From Clostridiales bacterium (GTDB lineage: Bacteria > Bacillota > Clostridia > Peptostreptococcales > Anaerovoracaceae): 64,000 nt of DNA. Shown here one piece after another: positions 42,261-52,601 of this stretch. A program made the position numbers and the translations under genes. The stretch covers positions 15,281-79,280 of the forward strand of contig JAQYRL010000011.1 of NCBI GenBank assembly GCA_028725765.1, given 5' to 3'. Each line of letters starts with the position of its first letter. The stretch's first letter is position 1. The notes beneath the pieces were generated by a model. It was not told the DNA's origin. It did not search any database and saw nothing but the letters and a program-made list of their open reading frames with translations.

Positions 42261-42635
42261 CTATAGAACTTCCGGTGCCAGTGACACAATCTTCATGAAT
42301 CCTCTGTCACGAAGTTCTCTTGCAACAGGTCCGAAGATACGTGTACCAACCGGGGTTTTGTCTTCTTTATCCTTGATGATTACTGCGGCATTCTGGTCAA
42401 ATTTCACATAACTACCATCAGCTCGTCTTGCACCTGTTTTAGATCTTACAACAACTGCCTTAACAACATCACCCTTCTTTACCAGTCCACCTGGAGAAGC
42501 GTCCTTAACGGCACAAACTACAATGTCTCCAATGTTAGCATATTTACGACTAGTACCCCCAAGAACTTTGATGCAAAGAAGTTCCTTCGCACCCGAATTA
42601 TCTGCAACTCTGAGTCTTGATTCTGTCTGTATCAT
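42261..42635 (-). CDS. rplN: 50S ribosomal protein L14
   Basis: 124 aa, [27 protein letters not shown]. Confidence 0.97.
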   Translation of the reverse strand: MIQTESRLRVADNSGAKELLCIKVLGGTSRKYANIGDIVVCAVKDASPGGLVKKGDVVKAVVVRSKTGARRADGSYVKFDQNAAVIIKDKEDKTPVGTRIFGPVARELRDRGFMKIVSLAPEVL

Positions 42636-42649
42636 ATTCTGGTGCCTCC

Positions 42650-42919
42650 TTACTTAACTTTCTCTACTATCTTAACAAGTCTCCATCTTTTGTCTTTTGA
42701 TAGAGGTCTTGTTTCCATAATTCTAATCTTATCTCCAACCTCGCACTGGTTCTCTTCGTCATGAACCTTTACCTTCTTTGTGCTCTTCATAGCCTTGCCA
42801 TATAGAGGGTGTCTAACAAAGTCTTCAATAGCAACTACTACAGTCTTATCCATTTTGTCGCTTACAACAATACCGACTTTGGATTTTCTTCTGTTTCTTT
42901 CTACTTTTTCAACTGCCAT
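42650..42919 (-). CDS. rpsQ: 30S ribosomal protein S17
   Basis: Start set at ATG 42919 (AGGAGG 9 nt upstream). The track start is an upstream [21 protein letters not shown] motif. Confidence 0.95.
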   Translation of the reverse strand: MAVEKVERNRRKSKVGIVVSDKMDKTVVVAIEDFVRHPLYGKAMKSTKKVKVHDEENQCEVGDKIRIMETRPLSKDKRWRLVKIVEKVK

Positions 42920-42936
42920 AATCACATCCTCCTTTC

Positions 42937-43140
42937 CTATGCTTCGGCCTTAGCCATTTCTTTCTCACGAATAATGGTCTTTACTCTAGCAATATCCCTT
43001 TTTACTTCCCTCATCTTAACAGGATTTTCAAGCTGACCTGTTACGTGCTGGAATCTTAAGTTGAAGAGTTCCTTCTTCATTTTGTCAAGTTCAGAAGAAA
43101 GCTCGACATCTGTCATCTGTCTGAATTTGTTCATTTCCAT
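42937..43140 (-). CDS. rpmC: 50S ribosomal protein L29
   Basis: 67 aa, [28 protein letters not shown]. Confidence 0.96.
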   Translation of the reverse strand: MEMNKFRQMTDVELSSELDKMKKELFNLRFQHVTGQLENPVKMREVKRDIARVKTIIREKEMAKAEA

Positions 43141-43142
43141 TA

Positions 43143-43571
43143 CTACGCTTCACCGCCCTCTTCTAACTGCTTCATAGCGAACTTGCACTTGATAGGAAGC
43201 TTATGAATTGCAAGTCTTATAGCTTCTCTTGCCTGCGCTTCAGTTACGCCATCAATCTCAAACATTACTCTGCCCGGCTTAACAACTGCTACCCAATATT
43301 CAGGAGCACCTTTACCGGAACCCATTCTTACCTCTGCAGGTTTCTTAGTTACTGGCTTATGAGGGAAGATTTTTATATAAACCTTTCCGCCTCTTTTTAT
43401 GGATCTAGTCATAGCAATTCTGGCAGCCTCAATCTGATTTGATGTAATCCAACCAGGCTCCTGTGCAACAAGCCCATACTTTCCATAAGTAATCTTATTG
43501 CCTCTTGTTGCTATGCCCTTCATTCTACCTCTATGAACTCTCCTACGCTTAACACGTTTTGGCATCAACAT
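43143..43571 (-). CDS. rplP: 50S ribosomal protein L16
   Basis: 142 aa, [19 protein letters not shown]. Confidence 0.97.
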   Translation of the reverse strand: MLMPKRVKRRRVHRGRMKGIATRGNKITYGKYGLVAQEPGWITSNQIEAARIAMTRSIKRGGKVYIKIFPHKPVTKKPAEVRMGSGKGAPEYWVAVVKPGRVMFEIDGVTEAQAREAIRLAIHKLPIKCKFAMKQLEEGGEA

Positions 43572-43594
43572 AGCTGGTTCCTCCTCTCTTATGC

Positions 43595-44476
43595 TTATTC
43601 TTCAGCTGGCAAATTAGTTTCTTCCGAAGGTGTTTCTACTTCAGTCTTCGGTTCTTCTACCTTTGCAACTGGTCTAATTCTCTTATTTACAGCCTTTGCG
43701 ACGTCTTTCCTTCCAAATCTGTCACCACCGCGGTCATTTCTTCTTCTGTCATTTCTTCTTCTGTCGCCATCCTTACGTTGTCTTCTGTCCTTCTTGTTGT
43801 CCTTCTTTTCTTCACGAACAGGACTCTGAAGACCCTTGTCAAGAATTTCGCCGTGGTTGATCCAAACTTTCACGCCAATCTTTCCGTACGTCGTATCAGC
43901 TTCAGCAAATCCATAGTCAATATCAGCTCTTAACGTATGGAGCGGAACATTACCCTCGCTATATTTCTCACTTCTAGCAATCTCAGCACCTCCGAGACGT
44001 CCCGAGCATAAAATTTTGATGCCCTTTGCATTTGCTCTCATAGTGTTTCCGATTGCCTGCTTCATTGCTCTTCTAAATGCAATTCTTCGCTCAAGTGCTT
44101 CTGCGACACTTTCTGCAGTTAACTGTGCATCCAATTCTGCTCTTCCAACTTCTTCAACAGAGATGTGCAACTTACCTGCATCCTTGCCTGTTAATTTTAC
44201 AAGACCAGCTTTAAGTTCTTCAATTCCCGCACCTGATCTTCCAATTACCATACCCGGCTTGCTTGTCAAAATCGTAACAGTAAGGTTATCTTCACCTTCT
44301 CTTGCAATCAAAACCTTTGAGATCCCTGCTACGTACAGTTTTTTCTTTACATATTCTCTTATTTCTTTATCTTCAATTAGTAAGTCCGCAAAACCCTTCT
44401 TGTCTGCAAACCATTTAGAATTCCAGTCTTTGATAACGCCCACTCTCATGCCATGAGGGCTTACTTTCTGACCCAT
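43595..44476 (-). CDS. rpsC: 30S ribosomal protein S3 with about 70-aa Arg/Asp/Lys-rich C-terminal extension
   Basis: 293 aa. N-part [24 protein letters not shown] plus KH domain. The extension starts after [12 protein letters not shown]. Confidence 0.96.
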   Translation of the reverse strand: MGQKVSPHGMRVGVIKDWNSKWFADKKGFADLLIEDKEIREYVKKKLYVAGISKVLIAREGEDNLTVTILTSKPGMVIGRSGAGIEELKAGLVKLTGKDAGKLHISVEEVGRAELDAQLTAESVAEALERRIAFRRAMKQAIGNTMRANAKGIKILCSGRLGGAEIARSEKYSEGNVPLHTLRADIDYGFAEADTTYGKIGVKVWINHGEILDKGLQSPVREEKKDNKKDRRQRKDGDRRRNDRRRNDRGGDRFGRKDVAKAVNKRIRPVAKVEEPKTEVETPSEETNLPAEE

Positions 44477-44493
44477 TCAATTAACCTCCTGTC

Positions 44494-44829
44494 TTAATCT
44501 CTCTCCATAAGAGTTACACTTATGTGACTACTTCTCTTAAGGATCCTGGATGCTCCACCACGAGCGCCTGCGCGCCATCTCTTCATAGTAGGTCCCTGGT
44601 TTGCACTAACTTCTGCAATATACAGGTTATCAGGGTTCATTTGGTGATTATTCTCTGCATTAGCTGCAGCAGACATAACAACTTTCTCAATTAATTCAGA
44701 ACCTTTTCCTGGCGTAAATTTCAAAATATTCAATGCCTCTTGCAAATCTTTGCCTCTTACCATATCAGCAATCGGTTTAAGTTTAATTGGAGACATTCTA
44801 ACGTATTTAGCAACTGCTTTTGCTTCCAT
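44494..44829 (-). CDS. rplV: 50S ribosomal protein L22
   Basis: 111 aa, AKYVRMSPIKLKPIADMVRGK. Confidence 0.97.
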   Translation of the reverse strand: MEAKAVAKYVRMSPIKLKPIADMVRGKDLQEALNILKFTPGKGSELIEKVVMSAAANAENNHQMNPDNLYIAEVSANQGPTMKRWRAGARGGASRILKRSSHISVTLMERD

Positions 44830-44845
44830 TTTTTATCTCCTTTCC

Positions 44846-45124
44846 TTACTTAACCTTTGATGTCTTATCAGCGGCATGACCCCTGTATGTTCTTGTAGGA
44901 GCAAATTCTCCAAGTCTGTGTCCTACCATATCTTCTGTTATATACACAGGAATATGTTTTCTTCCATCATGGACAGCAATAGTGTGACCCACCATCTGCG
45001 GGAAAATTGTAGAAGGCCTTGACCATGTCTTAATAACTTTCTTTTCATTAGCTGCATTCATATCTTCAATAGCTTTCAGCAGCTTTTTATTGACGAAAGG
45101 GCCTTTCTTAAGTGATCTACCCAT
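44846..45124 (-). CDS. rpsS: 30S ribosomal protein S19
   Basis: 92 aa, [16 protein letters not shown]...[32 protein letters not shown]. Confidence 0.97.
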   Translation of the reverse strand: MGRSLKKGPFVNKKLLKAIEDMNAANEKKVIKTWSRPSTIFPQMVGHTIAVHDGRKHIPVYITEDMVGHRLGEFAPTRTYRGHAADKTSKVK

Positions 45125-45140
45125 TATTTATGCTCCTTCC

Positions 45141-45974
45141 TTATTTCTCGTTTCTCTTCTTAACAATATATTGATTAGAAGCCTTATTCTTCTTTCTAGT
45201 CTTATATCCAAGTGTAGGTTTACCCCAAGGTGTAACCGGAGATTTTCTTCCGATAGGGGTTCTTCCTTCACCACCACCATGAGGGTGATCGTTAGGGTTC
45301 ATTACAGAACCTCTTACAGTTGGTCTGATTCCCATGTGTCTCTTTCTACCAGCCTTACCGATTTGAATATTTCCGTGGTCTTCATTACCAACTTCGCCTA
45401 TAGTAGCTCTGCAATTCATTAAGACCTTTCTAACCTCTCCGGATGGTAGTCTCACCTGAGCATATTTGCCTTCCTTAGCCATAAGCTGAGCACCATTTCC
45501 TGCAGACCTTACAAGTTGTCCGCCTTTTCCTGGTTTCAGCTCAATATTGTGAATGAGCGTACCTACAGGTATATTCGCAATTGGAAGAGCATTTCCTACC
45601 TGAATATCAGCATCAGTTCCAGAATAAATGACATTGCCGACCTTAAGTCCTTCTGGAGCCAATATATATTTCTTTTCCCCGTCCGCATATACGATCAAAG
45701 CAATGTTGGCACTTCTATTAGGGTCGTACTCTATTGTCTTAACATTTCCAGGAATTCCATCTTTGTTTCTCTTGAAATCAATGATCCTATATTTGCTACG
45801 AGTACCACCGCCTCTATGTCTTACGGTAATCTTACCTCTGGAGTTTCTTCCCGAGTGCTTCTTCAAGGTTACAGTAAGAGATTTTTCCGGCTTACTTGCA
45901 GTGATTTCTTCAAATGTAGAAACCGTCATGCCCCTTAAGCCGGGAGTTACCGGATTATATTTTTTTATTCCCAT
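45141..45974 (-). CDS. rplB: 50S ribosomal protein L2
   Basis: 277 aa, [15 protein letters not shown]...[12 protein letters not shown]. Confidence 0.97.
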   Translation of the reverse strand: MGIKKYNPVTPGLRGMTVSTFEEITASKPEKSLTVTLKKHSGRNSRGKITVRHRGGGTRSKYRIIDFKRNKDGIPGNVKTIEYDPNRSANIALIVYADGEKKYILAPEGLKVGNVIYSGTDADIQVGNALPIANIPVGTLIHNIELKPGKGGQLVRSAGNGAQLMAKEGKYAQVRLPSGEVRKVLMNCRATIGEVGNEDHGNIQIGKAGRKRHMGIRPTVRGSVMNPNDHPHGGGEGRTPIGRKSPVTPWGKPTLGYKTRKKNKASNQYIVKKRNEK

Positions 45975-45993
45975 TTCTTACGTCCTCCCTAGT

Positions 45994-46284
45994 TTATAGA
46001 CCCTGGAAGAATTCAATTTCTTTGCTGCCCTCTGCAATTGTTATAATTGCTTTCTTATACGCAGCAGTCTTACCCATTGTTCTTCCCATTCTCTTCATCT
46101 TACCATTAACATTCATAAGGTTAACTTTAGCAACCTCCACACCGAAGATTTCCTCTACGGCATGCTTGACTTCTGTTTTGTTGGCATCAACAGCAACCTT
46201 AAAAGTGTATTTTCTCTCCTGAGCCTGGTCCATACTTCTTTCGGAGATAACAGGTTTCAGGATTACATCATATGGTGATCTCAT
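45994..46284 (-). CDS. rplW: 50S ribosomal protein L23
   Basis: 96 aa, DVILKPVISERSMDQAQERKYTFKV. Confidence 0.96.
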   Translation of the reverse strand: MRSPYDVILKPVISERSMDQAQERKYTFKVAVDANKTEVKHAVEEIFGVEVAKVNLMNVNGKMKRMGRTMGKTAAYKKAIITIAEGSKEIEFFQGL

Positions 46285-46907
46285 TATTTGTACACCTCCT
46301 CAAGTTTTTTAACGGCATCACTTGTCAAGATGAGGCTCTGGTGATTTAGAACTTCATACACGTTGAAGCTTCCTACAACGGCGGTCCTAACCCCCTTTAG
46401 GTTAGCAGCTGACCTAACTACATTCTCATCTTTATCTGCCATAACTACCAAAGCCTTTTTCTCAGCCTTAAGGTTTTCGAGGACTTTGATCATTTCCTTT
46501 GTTTTCGGTTCTTCGAAAGCCAACTTATCAACAACGATCAACTCGTTCTCTGCAAGCTTTGAAGACAAAACTGACAACATAGCCAGTCTTCTAACCTTCT
46601 TAGGAAGTGTATATCTATAACTCCTTGGCTTTGGAGCAAATACAACACCACCACCGATTTGTGAAGGGTCTGTGCTGGAGCCCTGTCTATGTCTACCAGT
46701 TCCCTTCTGACGGAAAGGCTTCCTGCCTCCGCCTCTAACATCGCCCCTTGTCTTTGCAGACTGAGTACCCTGTCTTCTGTTAGCCAAATAGTTCTTTATT
46801 ACTGCATGAACAGCATATTCATTAGGCTCGATTCCAAAAATAGCATCTGAAAGTTCGATGCTCCCGGCTTCTTCACCAGCCATATTTAGCATTTTTATAT
46901 TTGCCAT
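46284..46907 (-). CDS. rplD: 50S ribosomal protein L4
   Basis: 207 aa, RQGTQSAKTRGDVRGGGRKPFRQKGTGRHRQGS. Confidence 0.97.
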   Translation of the reverse strand: MANIKMLNMAGEEAGSIELSDAIFGIEPNEYAVHAVIKNYLANRRQGTQSAKTRGDVRGGGRKPFRQKGTGRHRQGSSTDPSQIGGGVVFAPKPRSYRYTLPKKVRRLAMLSVLSSKLAENELIVVDKLAFEEPKTKEMIKVLENLKAEKKALVVMADKDENVVRSAANLKGVRTAVVGSFNVYEVLNHQSLILTSDAVKKLEEVYK

Positions 46908-46930
46908 TGTTTGCGTCTCCTTTCTGTAGC

Positions 46931-47569
46931 CTATTTATCGTCTTGCCCTTTGACAGCATACTGAACTTTCACAAGTCCGCCCTTTCTGCCTGGGACAGCA
47001 CCCTTAACTAGCAGAAGATTCCTGTCAACATCAACTTTTACTAAAACTACATTCTGAACAGTCACAGTGTCTCTTCCTGTTCTTCCAGGGCCCTTGTTGC
47101 CCTTGAACACTCTTGATGGATAAGTAGCACCTGCAAGCGCACCTGCTAATCTCTTGTGCTTAGAACCATGACTCATAGGACCTCTGTGGTGTCCATGTCT
47201 TTTGATGTTACCCTGTGTGCCCCTACCTTTTGAAATTCCGGTAATGTCCAATTTCTTTCCTTCTTCGAAATCTGCCACAGTGATTTCCTGGCCAAGTTCA
47301 AACTTTTCATCTTCATCGAGTCTGAACTCCGTAACATATTTCTTAAGAGCAACGCCGCTCTTGTTAAAGTGTCCTTTTAAAGGCTTAGTTACTCTATGCT
47401 CTTTGGTATCCTCATAACCAATTTGAACAGCATCGTAACCATCGTTTTCAACAGTTTTAACCTGAGTCACAACCGAAGGTCCCGCCTCAATTACTGTTAC
47501 CGGCACAACTTCTCCACCTTCTGCAAAGATTTGTGTCATGCCAACTTTCTTTCCTAGAATTGCTTTCAT
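46931..47569 (-). CDS. rplC: 50S ribosomal protein L3
   Basis: Start set at MKAILGKKVGMTQIF (ATG 47569, AGGAGGAAAAT upstream). 212 aa. Confidence 0.96.
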   Translation of the reverse strand: MKAILGKKVGMTQIFAEGGEVVPVTVIEAGPSVVTQVKTVENDGYDAVQIGYEDTKEHRVTKPLKGHFNKSGVALKKYVTEFRLDEDEKFELGQEITVADFEEGKKLDITGISKGRGTQGNIKRHGHHRGPMSHGSKHKRLAGALAGATYPSRVFKGNKGPGRTGRDTVTVQNVVLVKVDVDRNLLLVKGAVPGRKGGLVKVQYAVKGQDDK

Positions 47570-47728
47570 ATTTTCCTCCTGTTTTCTTACATTGGATTGC
47601 TCTGGTTTGGTCGCAGAACAGCTCGGAACGAACAAAATAGTTTTCTCCAGAAACTTGTTCTCATACCCTCACATGCAATCTTGCTAAGGGAGATTCCCTA
47701 ACATTGCTGACTAAAGCAGCACTTCCGA

Positions 47729-48043
47729 CTAATTGAGTCTAATTTCTATATCCACACCTGCAGGCATGTTCAGGCTAGTAAGTGCATTTGTAGTCTGAAC
47801 TGTAGCATTTGTGATATCAACAAGTCTCTTGTGAGTTCTCTGCTCAAACTGCTCCCTGCTATCCTTGTATTTGTGTACAGCTCTAAGAATAGTTACCACT
47901 TCCTTCTCCGTAGGTAGTGGGATTGGGCCTGAAACTGTCGCTCCAGTCTTCTTAGCTGTCTCCACAATCTTTGCAGCAGACTGATCAAGCAATGCATGGT
48001 CGTATGCCTTTAGCTTAATTCTTATTTTTTGTAATTCGCTCAT
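47729..48043 (-). CDS. rpsJ: 30S ribosomal protein S10
   Basis: 104 aa, [30 protein letters not shown]... Confidence 0.97.
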   Translation of the reverse strand: MSELQKIRIKLKAYDHALLDQSAAKIVETAKKTGATVSGPIPLPTEKEVVTILRAVHKYKDSREQFEQRTHKRLVDITNATVQTTNALTSLNMPAGVDIEIRLN

Positions 48044-48392
48044 TTCTTCCTCCTATTTTTGTACTGTTTTCGCTATGCTCGTACAAGGCAATTCGCTTTT
48101 TCTTAGTTTTCTAATGGGTTAACGACTTTTCGTGAGATTGTCTTTGCCGTCACACCCCGCCGTGCGTTTCTTATATTTCTGCACAAAAGAAAAACAAGCG
48201 AATACCTCCGCCCCCGATCATGTAGTGACTTCTCCACAGAAATTACCTGATAGCTCAGCAACTTCCTGCTTCTTCGCCTTAAGCAAGCCTTATTAGTATA
48301 TATGAGCAAAAAACAAAAAGCAAGGGTATTTTACAAAATTTTTACTAATTTTAGAAAAATTTTTGCAAGATATCCTTGCTATAACGCTTGAT

Positions 48393-48401
48393 ATTATAAC
48401 A
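48393..48401 (-). promoter_or_regulatory. candidate extended -10 promoter for the S10 operon
   Basis: Minus strand reads TGtTATAAT. It would give a leader of about 340 nt before rpsJ. Confidence 0.4.
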
Positions 48402-48556
48402 TTATTTTAACAGTTTCATTAACACTGCTACTGGCGTTTCTATTTGTTTCGTAACTATATTTTCAAACTTCTTTGAAGTATATTGTAAAAATTGTCCCAT
48501 AGTTACATTCTAGTCAATACTAGATTAACAATTTTATAACTATTTTTTACAACATT

Positions 48557-50455
48557 TTACTCCGCAAATATTACGTCGACCGAAGTCCCTTCTCCAACTT
48601 CACTTCTTACCTCAAGTTCCGCACCTATCACTTTTGCAGCATGCTTTACAATTGACAGTCCAAGACCCGTTCCACCAATTTCTCTCGAATGGCTCTTGTC
48701 GACGCGGAAGAAGCGCTCAAAAATTCTATCCAAGTATTTTTCTTCTATTCCCATCCCAGTATCTACAACTGACACAGCAATCTTCCTTTTTGGATTTTGA
48801 GAAATTCGAACTGAAACCGTGCCAGATTCTTTGTTATATTTAATTGCGTTATCCAATAGGTTGTAAATAATCTCATGAACGAGTGTTGGAATCGAATGAA
48901 TCACAGCTTCAGACGCGTCTATTTTGTCAAGTTCAACATTTACAGAAACGTTTAAATCCTTTGCCTTTTGCGCTAGATGTTCTGACGAAGAGCAAGCAAC
49001 ATCATATAAATTAACTTCTTCTTTTTGACTTGTCACATTTTCCTCATCGAGTTCGGAAAGTTCTATAATATCCTGAACAAGCTGAATCATACGCTTTGAC
49101 TCTTTAAAAATCCTATCTACAAATTCCTCCCTGTCGGACTCGGGAACCAATCCAGTTTTTAACAGTTCAGCGCTAGCATATATAGATTGGAGCGGCGTCT
49201 TCAGTTCGTGGGAGACATTTGCAGTAAACTCCCGGCGCATAAGCTCACCTTCAGCTTTTTTTGTAACATCAAACAAGAACAAAACAGTTCCCCGCCATTC
49301 CTTTGTGAAATCTCCGTGTTCTTCCATTCCACTTGGCATTCCGTTCGTAAAAATTGGGCTCATGCTTATCTGATAAGTTTTTTCACCAAAATTAGCGACT
49401 TTGTTGTAATTATAGTCGTGACCTGAAATGATTAGACTTTCTGAATCTCCTGGGTTATTCAATTCTGAAACACTACTGTCGTAGGCGATAATCCCGTTCA
49501 AAATATCTGTATTTCTAGTGAACTCCATTATATTTTTGCCGATGAACTTCCTTGATATGGCTGTCGCATCTGGGTCAAAATCAGTGGCAGCATAACCGGA
49601 ATCCTCATCTTCTTTCTGCGTCAATATAGCCTCAATAGCAGCTTGGTTCATTGAGATTATCCTGTTTTGTTTATCCAGAATGATAAGACCGTCACTCATG
49701 TTTGCGGTTATAGCGTTGAATTCCTCCTGACGTCTAACAAGTTGATGTTCCTTGTTTGCAATGTCACGCTTTTGCGCATCTATCTTCCTAAATAGTGGTG
49801 AAAGTTCCTCATATCCACCCTTGCCGAGAAGTTTTTCTGCGCTTCCAGGATCATCTAAATCTATATTATTTATAGGTTTAAGAATGTATTTTGAAAGCGA
49901 GTATGCCAGGTAAAATGATAGCAAAGCAATAATAATAAAGCAGCCGAGGAAGGCCAACTTCATACCATTCATAAAGCCAAGGACTGTTTCGTAAGAGGAC
50001 GACACCCTAAGTATGTTATCATCGCTTAACCTTCTTGCGGCATAAACATATTTTTCCGTCATAGTGGAAGAATATCTTGTGCTTTCCCCATATCCAAGTT
50101 CCCGTGCCTCTTTGATTTCCTCGCGATTTTGATGATTCTTCATTTCGCTAGGATTTTCTTTATTGTCAAAAAGAACAGTACCGTCGTTAGCAACCAAAGT
50201 GACCCTGTAATCTCTGTAGTTTAGATGTTTAAGCAAATACACAGCATCGTCTGAATTATTTGAGTTTCCTTCTGAAAAGATACTGTCGTCCTTTATCATT
50301 TCAAGTTGAGATGCAATTAAATCCGATTGCGCTGTAAGTTCGTTTTCCTGTATTTTGTTTATATGCTCAAGAAGAACAAAATAGAGGCCAACTATGCATA
50401 AAATTAGCGAAATCATAGATACACCCATTATAGAAAAAAAGAATCGTTTTTTCAT
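48557..50455 (-). CDS. phoR: phosphate-regulon sensor histidine kinase
   Basis: 632 aa with two TMs flanking an extracytoplasmic domain, PAS-like region, H-box FTANVSHELKTPL and HATPase_c (GTGLGLSIVKH). 4-nt overlap with phoP. Confidence 0.8.
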   Translation of the reverse strand: MKKRFFFSIMGVSMISLILCIVGLYFVLLEHINKIQENELTAQSDLIASQLEMIKDDSIFSEGNSNNSDDAVYLLKHLNYRDYRVTLVANDGTVLFDNKENPSEMKNHQNREEIKEARELGYGESTRYSSTMTEKYVYAARRLSDDNILRVSSSYETVLGFMNGMKLAFLGCFIIIALLSFYLAYSLSKYILKPINNIDLDDPGSAEKLLGKGGYEELSPLFRKIDAQKRDIANKEHQLVRRQEEFNAITANMSDGLIILDKQNRIISMNQAAIEAILTQKEDEDSGYAATDFDPDATAISRKFIGKNIMEFTRNTDILNGIIAYDSSVSELNNPGDSESLIISGHDYNYNKVANFGEKTYQISMSPIFTNGMPSGMEEHGDFTKEWRGTVLFLFDVTKKAEGELMRREFTANVSHELKTPLQSIYASAELLKTGLVPESDREEFVDRIFKESKRMIQLVQDIIELSELDEENVTSQKEEVNLYDVACSSSEHLAQKAKDLNVSVNVELDKIDASEAVIHSIPTLVHEIIYNLLDNAIKYNKESGTVSVRISQNPKRKIAVSVVDTGMGIEEKYLDRIFERFFRVDKSHSREIGGTGLGLSIVKHAAKVIGAELEVRSEVGEGTSVDVIFAE

Positions 50456-51147
50456 TTTATTTCCTCCATAATGTATCCGACTCCGCGAACGGTCTTAATA
50501 TATCTACCTGCATCGCCCAGTTTCGTTCTTAAAGTTCCGATATGGACGTCCACTGTTCTTGATTCGCCAACGTAAGACTCACCCCATACAAGGTTCATGA
50601 GTTGATCTCTGCTGTAAACCCTATTCATGTTTTCCAAAAACACTCTTAAAAGCTCAAACTCTTTGAGTGTCAGTTCAACATTTTCCTCCGCAACTTTAAC
50701 AAGATGCCTACTGATTGACATCGAAATTTCTCCATTGCACAAAAAATCCGCTCTTGGCATCTGGGTTCGCCTTAGGACCGCTTTGATCCTTGACAGTAGT
50801 TCCATCATGCCAAAAGGTTTAACAAGGTAGTCGTCAGCACCCGTATCAAGGCCCAGAACTTTATCAAACTCTGTATTTTTTGCCGTTGTTATTATTACTG
50901 GAACATCCTTTGCATTTGTTTCGCTCCTAAGCGTTTGCAAAATTGAAATGCCATCTTTCCCAGGCAGCATCAAATCAAGCAAAATCAAGTCAGGCTTCCT
51001 ATTTATTAGGCCGGCGAAGAAACTTTCACCATCTGCAAACCCCTCACATTCATAGTCCGCCATCTTCAGTGCGTACAAAATAGTTTTCCTTATGTCTTCG
51101 TTGTCTTCAACGCAATATATAAGCATACTTTGTCGTTTTTCCTCCAT
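50452..51147 (-). CDS. phoP: OmpR-family response regulator of the phosphate regulon
   Basis: 231 aa with receiver (DLILLDLMLPGKDG) and winged-helix output (TVDVHIGTLRTKL). Lies inside the pst-phoU-phoPR operon. Confidence 0.8.
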   Translation of the reverse strand: MEEKRQSMLIYCVEDNEDIRKTILYALKMADYECEGFADGESFFAGLINRKPDLILLDLMLPGKDGISILQTLRSETNAKDVPVIITTAKNTEFDKVLGLDTGADDYLVKPFGMMELLSRIKAVLRRTQMPRADFLCNGEISMSISRHLVKVAEENVELTLKEFELLRVFLENMNRVYSRDQLMNLVWGESYVGESRTVDVHIGTLRTKLGDAGRYIKTVRGVGYIMEEIK

Positions 51148-51160
51148 TTGAAATTTCTTG

Positions 51161-51826
51161 CTACCTTACAGTACCCTCTATCGAATAAAGGATCCATCCG
51201 GCAATGTTTTCTGCATGATCACCTATACGCTCGAGATATTTTGAAACCATCAACATATCGATAGCATGTTCACCATCAGCAGACCCGTCTTTTAGGCAAT
51301 CAACTATTTTGTTCTTGATTCCAACAAAATAATTGTCTATCTCGTCGTCCGTTTTAATCACTTGCCTTGCAATTTCTGCATCTTTTTTTACAAAAGCGTC
51401 AATACTTCCTGTTACCATTTTTCGTGTAGAATCCGCCATATCCGATATGCAATCCTCAATTCCAATCTCTCTACCTGGATTACTATCTATAATTTCGGCG
51501 ATATTACCAGCTTGTATACCTATTCGCTTCATATCCGTAACCATTTTGAGTGCGGCTGAAATTAGGCGAAGATCTCTTGCTACAGGCTGATGCTGCATGA
51601 GAAGTTTTATACATTTACCTTCGATTGCACGTTCTTTTCTTTCGATTCTTATGTCTAGATCTGATATATCGTCTTTTGTTATATTAGTCTCAGCAGACGT
51701 TCTTGTGCCAACTGTTCTTTGCCTGAGAACATCTGTAGATATTGAAATTGCTTTTTCGCACAAAATACCTAGCGATATCATTTCCTGATTTAATTCTTCG
51801 AGTTCTTGATCTAACTTTATTTTCAT
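51161..51826 (-). CDS. phoU: phosphate signalling complex protein PhoU
   Basis: 221 aa with two PhoU repeats (VARDLRLISAALKMVTDMKRIGIQAGNIA and KYLERIGDHAENIA). Confidence 0.9.
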   Translation of the reverse strand: MKIKLDQELEELNQEMISLGILCEKAISISTDVLRQRTVGTRTSAETNITKDDISDLDIRIERKERAIEGKCIKLLMQHQPVARDLRLISAALKMVTDMKRIGIQAGNIAEIIDSNPGREIGIEDCISDMADSTRKMVTGSIDAFVKKDAEIARQVIKTDDEIDNYFVGIKNKIVDCLKDGSADGEHAIDMLMVSKYLERIGDHAENIAGWILYSIEGTVR

Positions 51827-51844
51827 ATTATATACCCTTTTTCA

Positions 51845-52600
51845 TCATCCAAAACGACCTGTAATGTAATCTTCTGTCCTCTTATCTTGAGGGACTGAGA
51901 AAATTTGGTCAGTCTTGCCTTTTTCTATCAGCTCTCCCAGTAGGAAGAATGCCGTAACATCCGAAATACGAGCTGCTTGTTGCATGTTATGAGTTACTAT
52001 AACAACTGTGTATTTGTCCTTTAGTTCCTGAACAAGTTCCTCAATTTTTCCGGTGGATATCGGATCTAGTGCGGATGTAGGTTCATCCATCAGAAGAACT
52101 TCTGGCTCAACCGCTATTGCCCTTGCAATACAAAGCCTCTGTTGCTGACCACCTGAAAGCCCCAAGGCGGATTGCTTTAATCTATCTTTAAAATCATCCC
52201 AAGCAGCAGCTCCTCTTAGCGAATTTTCCACTATCTCATCCAGTGCTATTCTAGATTTGATTCCATGAGTCCTCGGACCGTATGCAATATTGTCATACAC
52301 ACTCATAGGAAATGGGTTTGGTCTTTGAAAAACCATTCCGACTCTTTTCCTGAGCATATTAATATCCATATCGCCATATATATCTTCACCATCAAGCCTT
52401 ATATCACCTGTTATTTTGCAGCCTTCTACCAAATCATTCATACGGTTTAGAGACTTCAAAAGTGTAGATTTACCACATCCCGATGGGCCTATGAAGGCCG
52501 TTATCTCATTTTCAACTATATCCATGTTTATATTTTTCAGTGCATGAAAATCACTGTAGTATAGCTCGGTGTCTTTTATTGTTATCTTGTTGTTTGCCAT
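51845..52600 (-). CDS. pstB: phosphate ABC transporter ATP-binding protein
   Basis: 251 aa with Walker [10 protein letters not shown], signature LSGGQQQRL, Walker [12 protein letters not shown] and C-terminal YITGRFG. Confidence 0.96.
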   Translation of the reverse strand: MANNKITIKDTELYYSDFHALKNINMDIVENEITAFIGPSGCGKSTLLKSLNRMNDLVEGCKITGDIRLDGEDIYGDMDINMLRKRVGMVFQRPNPFPMSVYDNIAYGPRTHGIKSRIALDEIVENSLRGAAAWDDFKDRLKQSALGLSGGQQQRLCIARAIAVEPEVLLMDEPTSALDPISTGKIEELVQELKDKYTVVIVTHNMQQAARISDVTAFFLLGELIEKGKTDQIFSVPQDKRTEDYITGRFG

Positions 52601-52601
52601 A

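Noticed and set aside
47570-47635. Longer N-terminal extensions offered by the ORF track for rplC (47635), secY (38707), rpsM (35523), pyrI (14811), rpsQ (42925) and cvpA (13441)
   Set aside because: In each case an internal ATG with a good Shine-Dalgarno reproduces the conserved N-terminus of the protein family. The extensions lack RBSs or overlap upstream genes.
48246-48259. tRNA-like D-arm string CCTGATAGCTCAGC
   Set aside because: No acceptor stem, anticodon arm or T-arm (GTTCGAATC-like) can be built around it.
48103-48309. 68-aa Arg-rich minus-strand ORF in the rpsJ upstream region
   Set aside because: It has a TTG start with no RBS and its composition looks like translated non-coding sequence. 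More likely it is part of a leader RNA.
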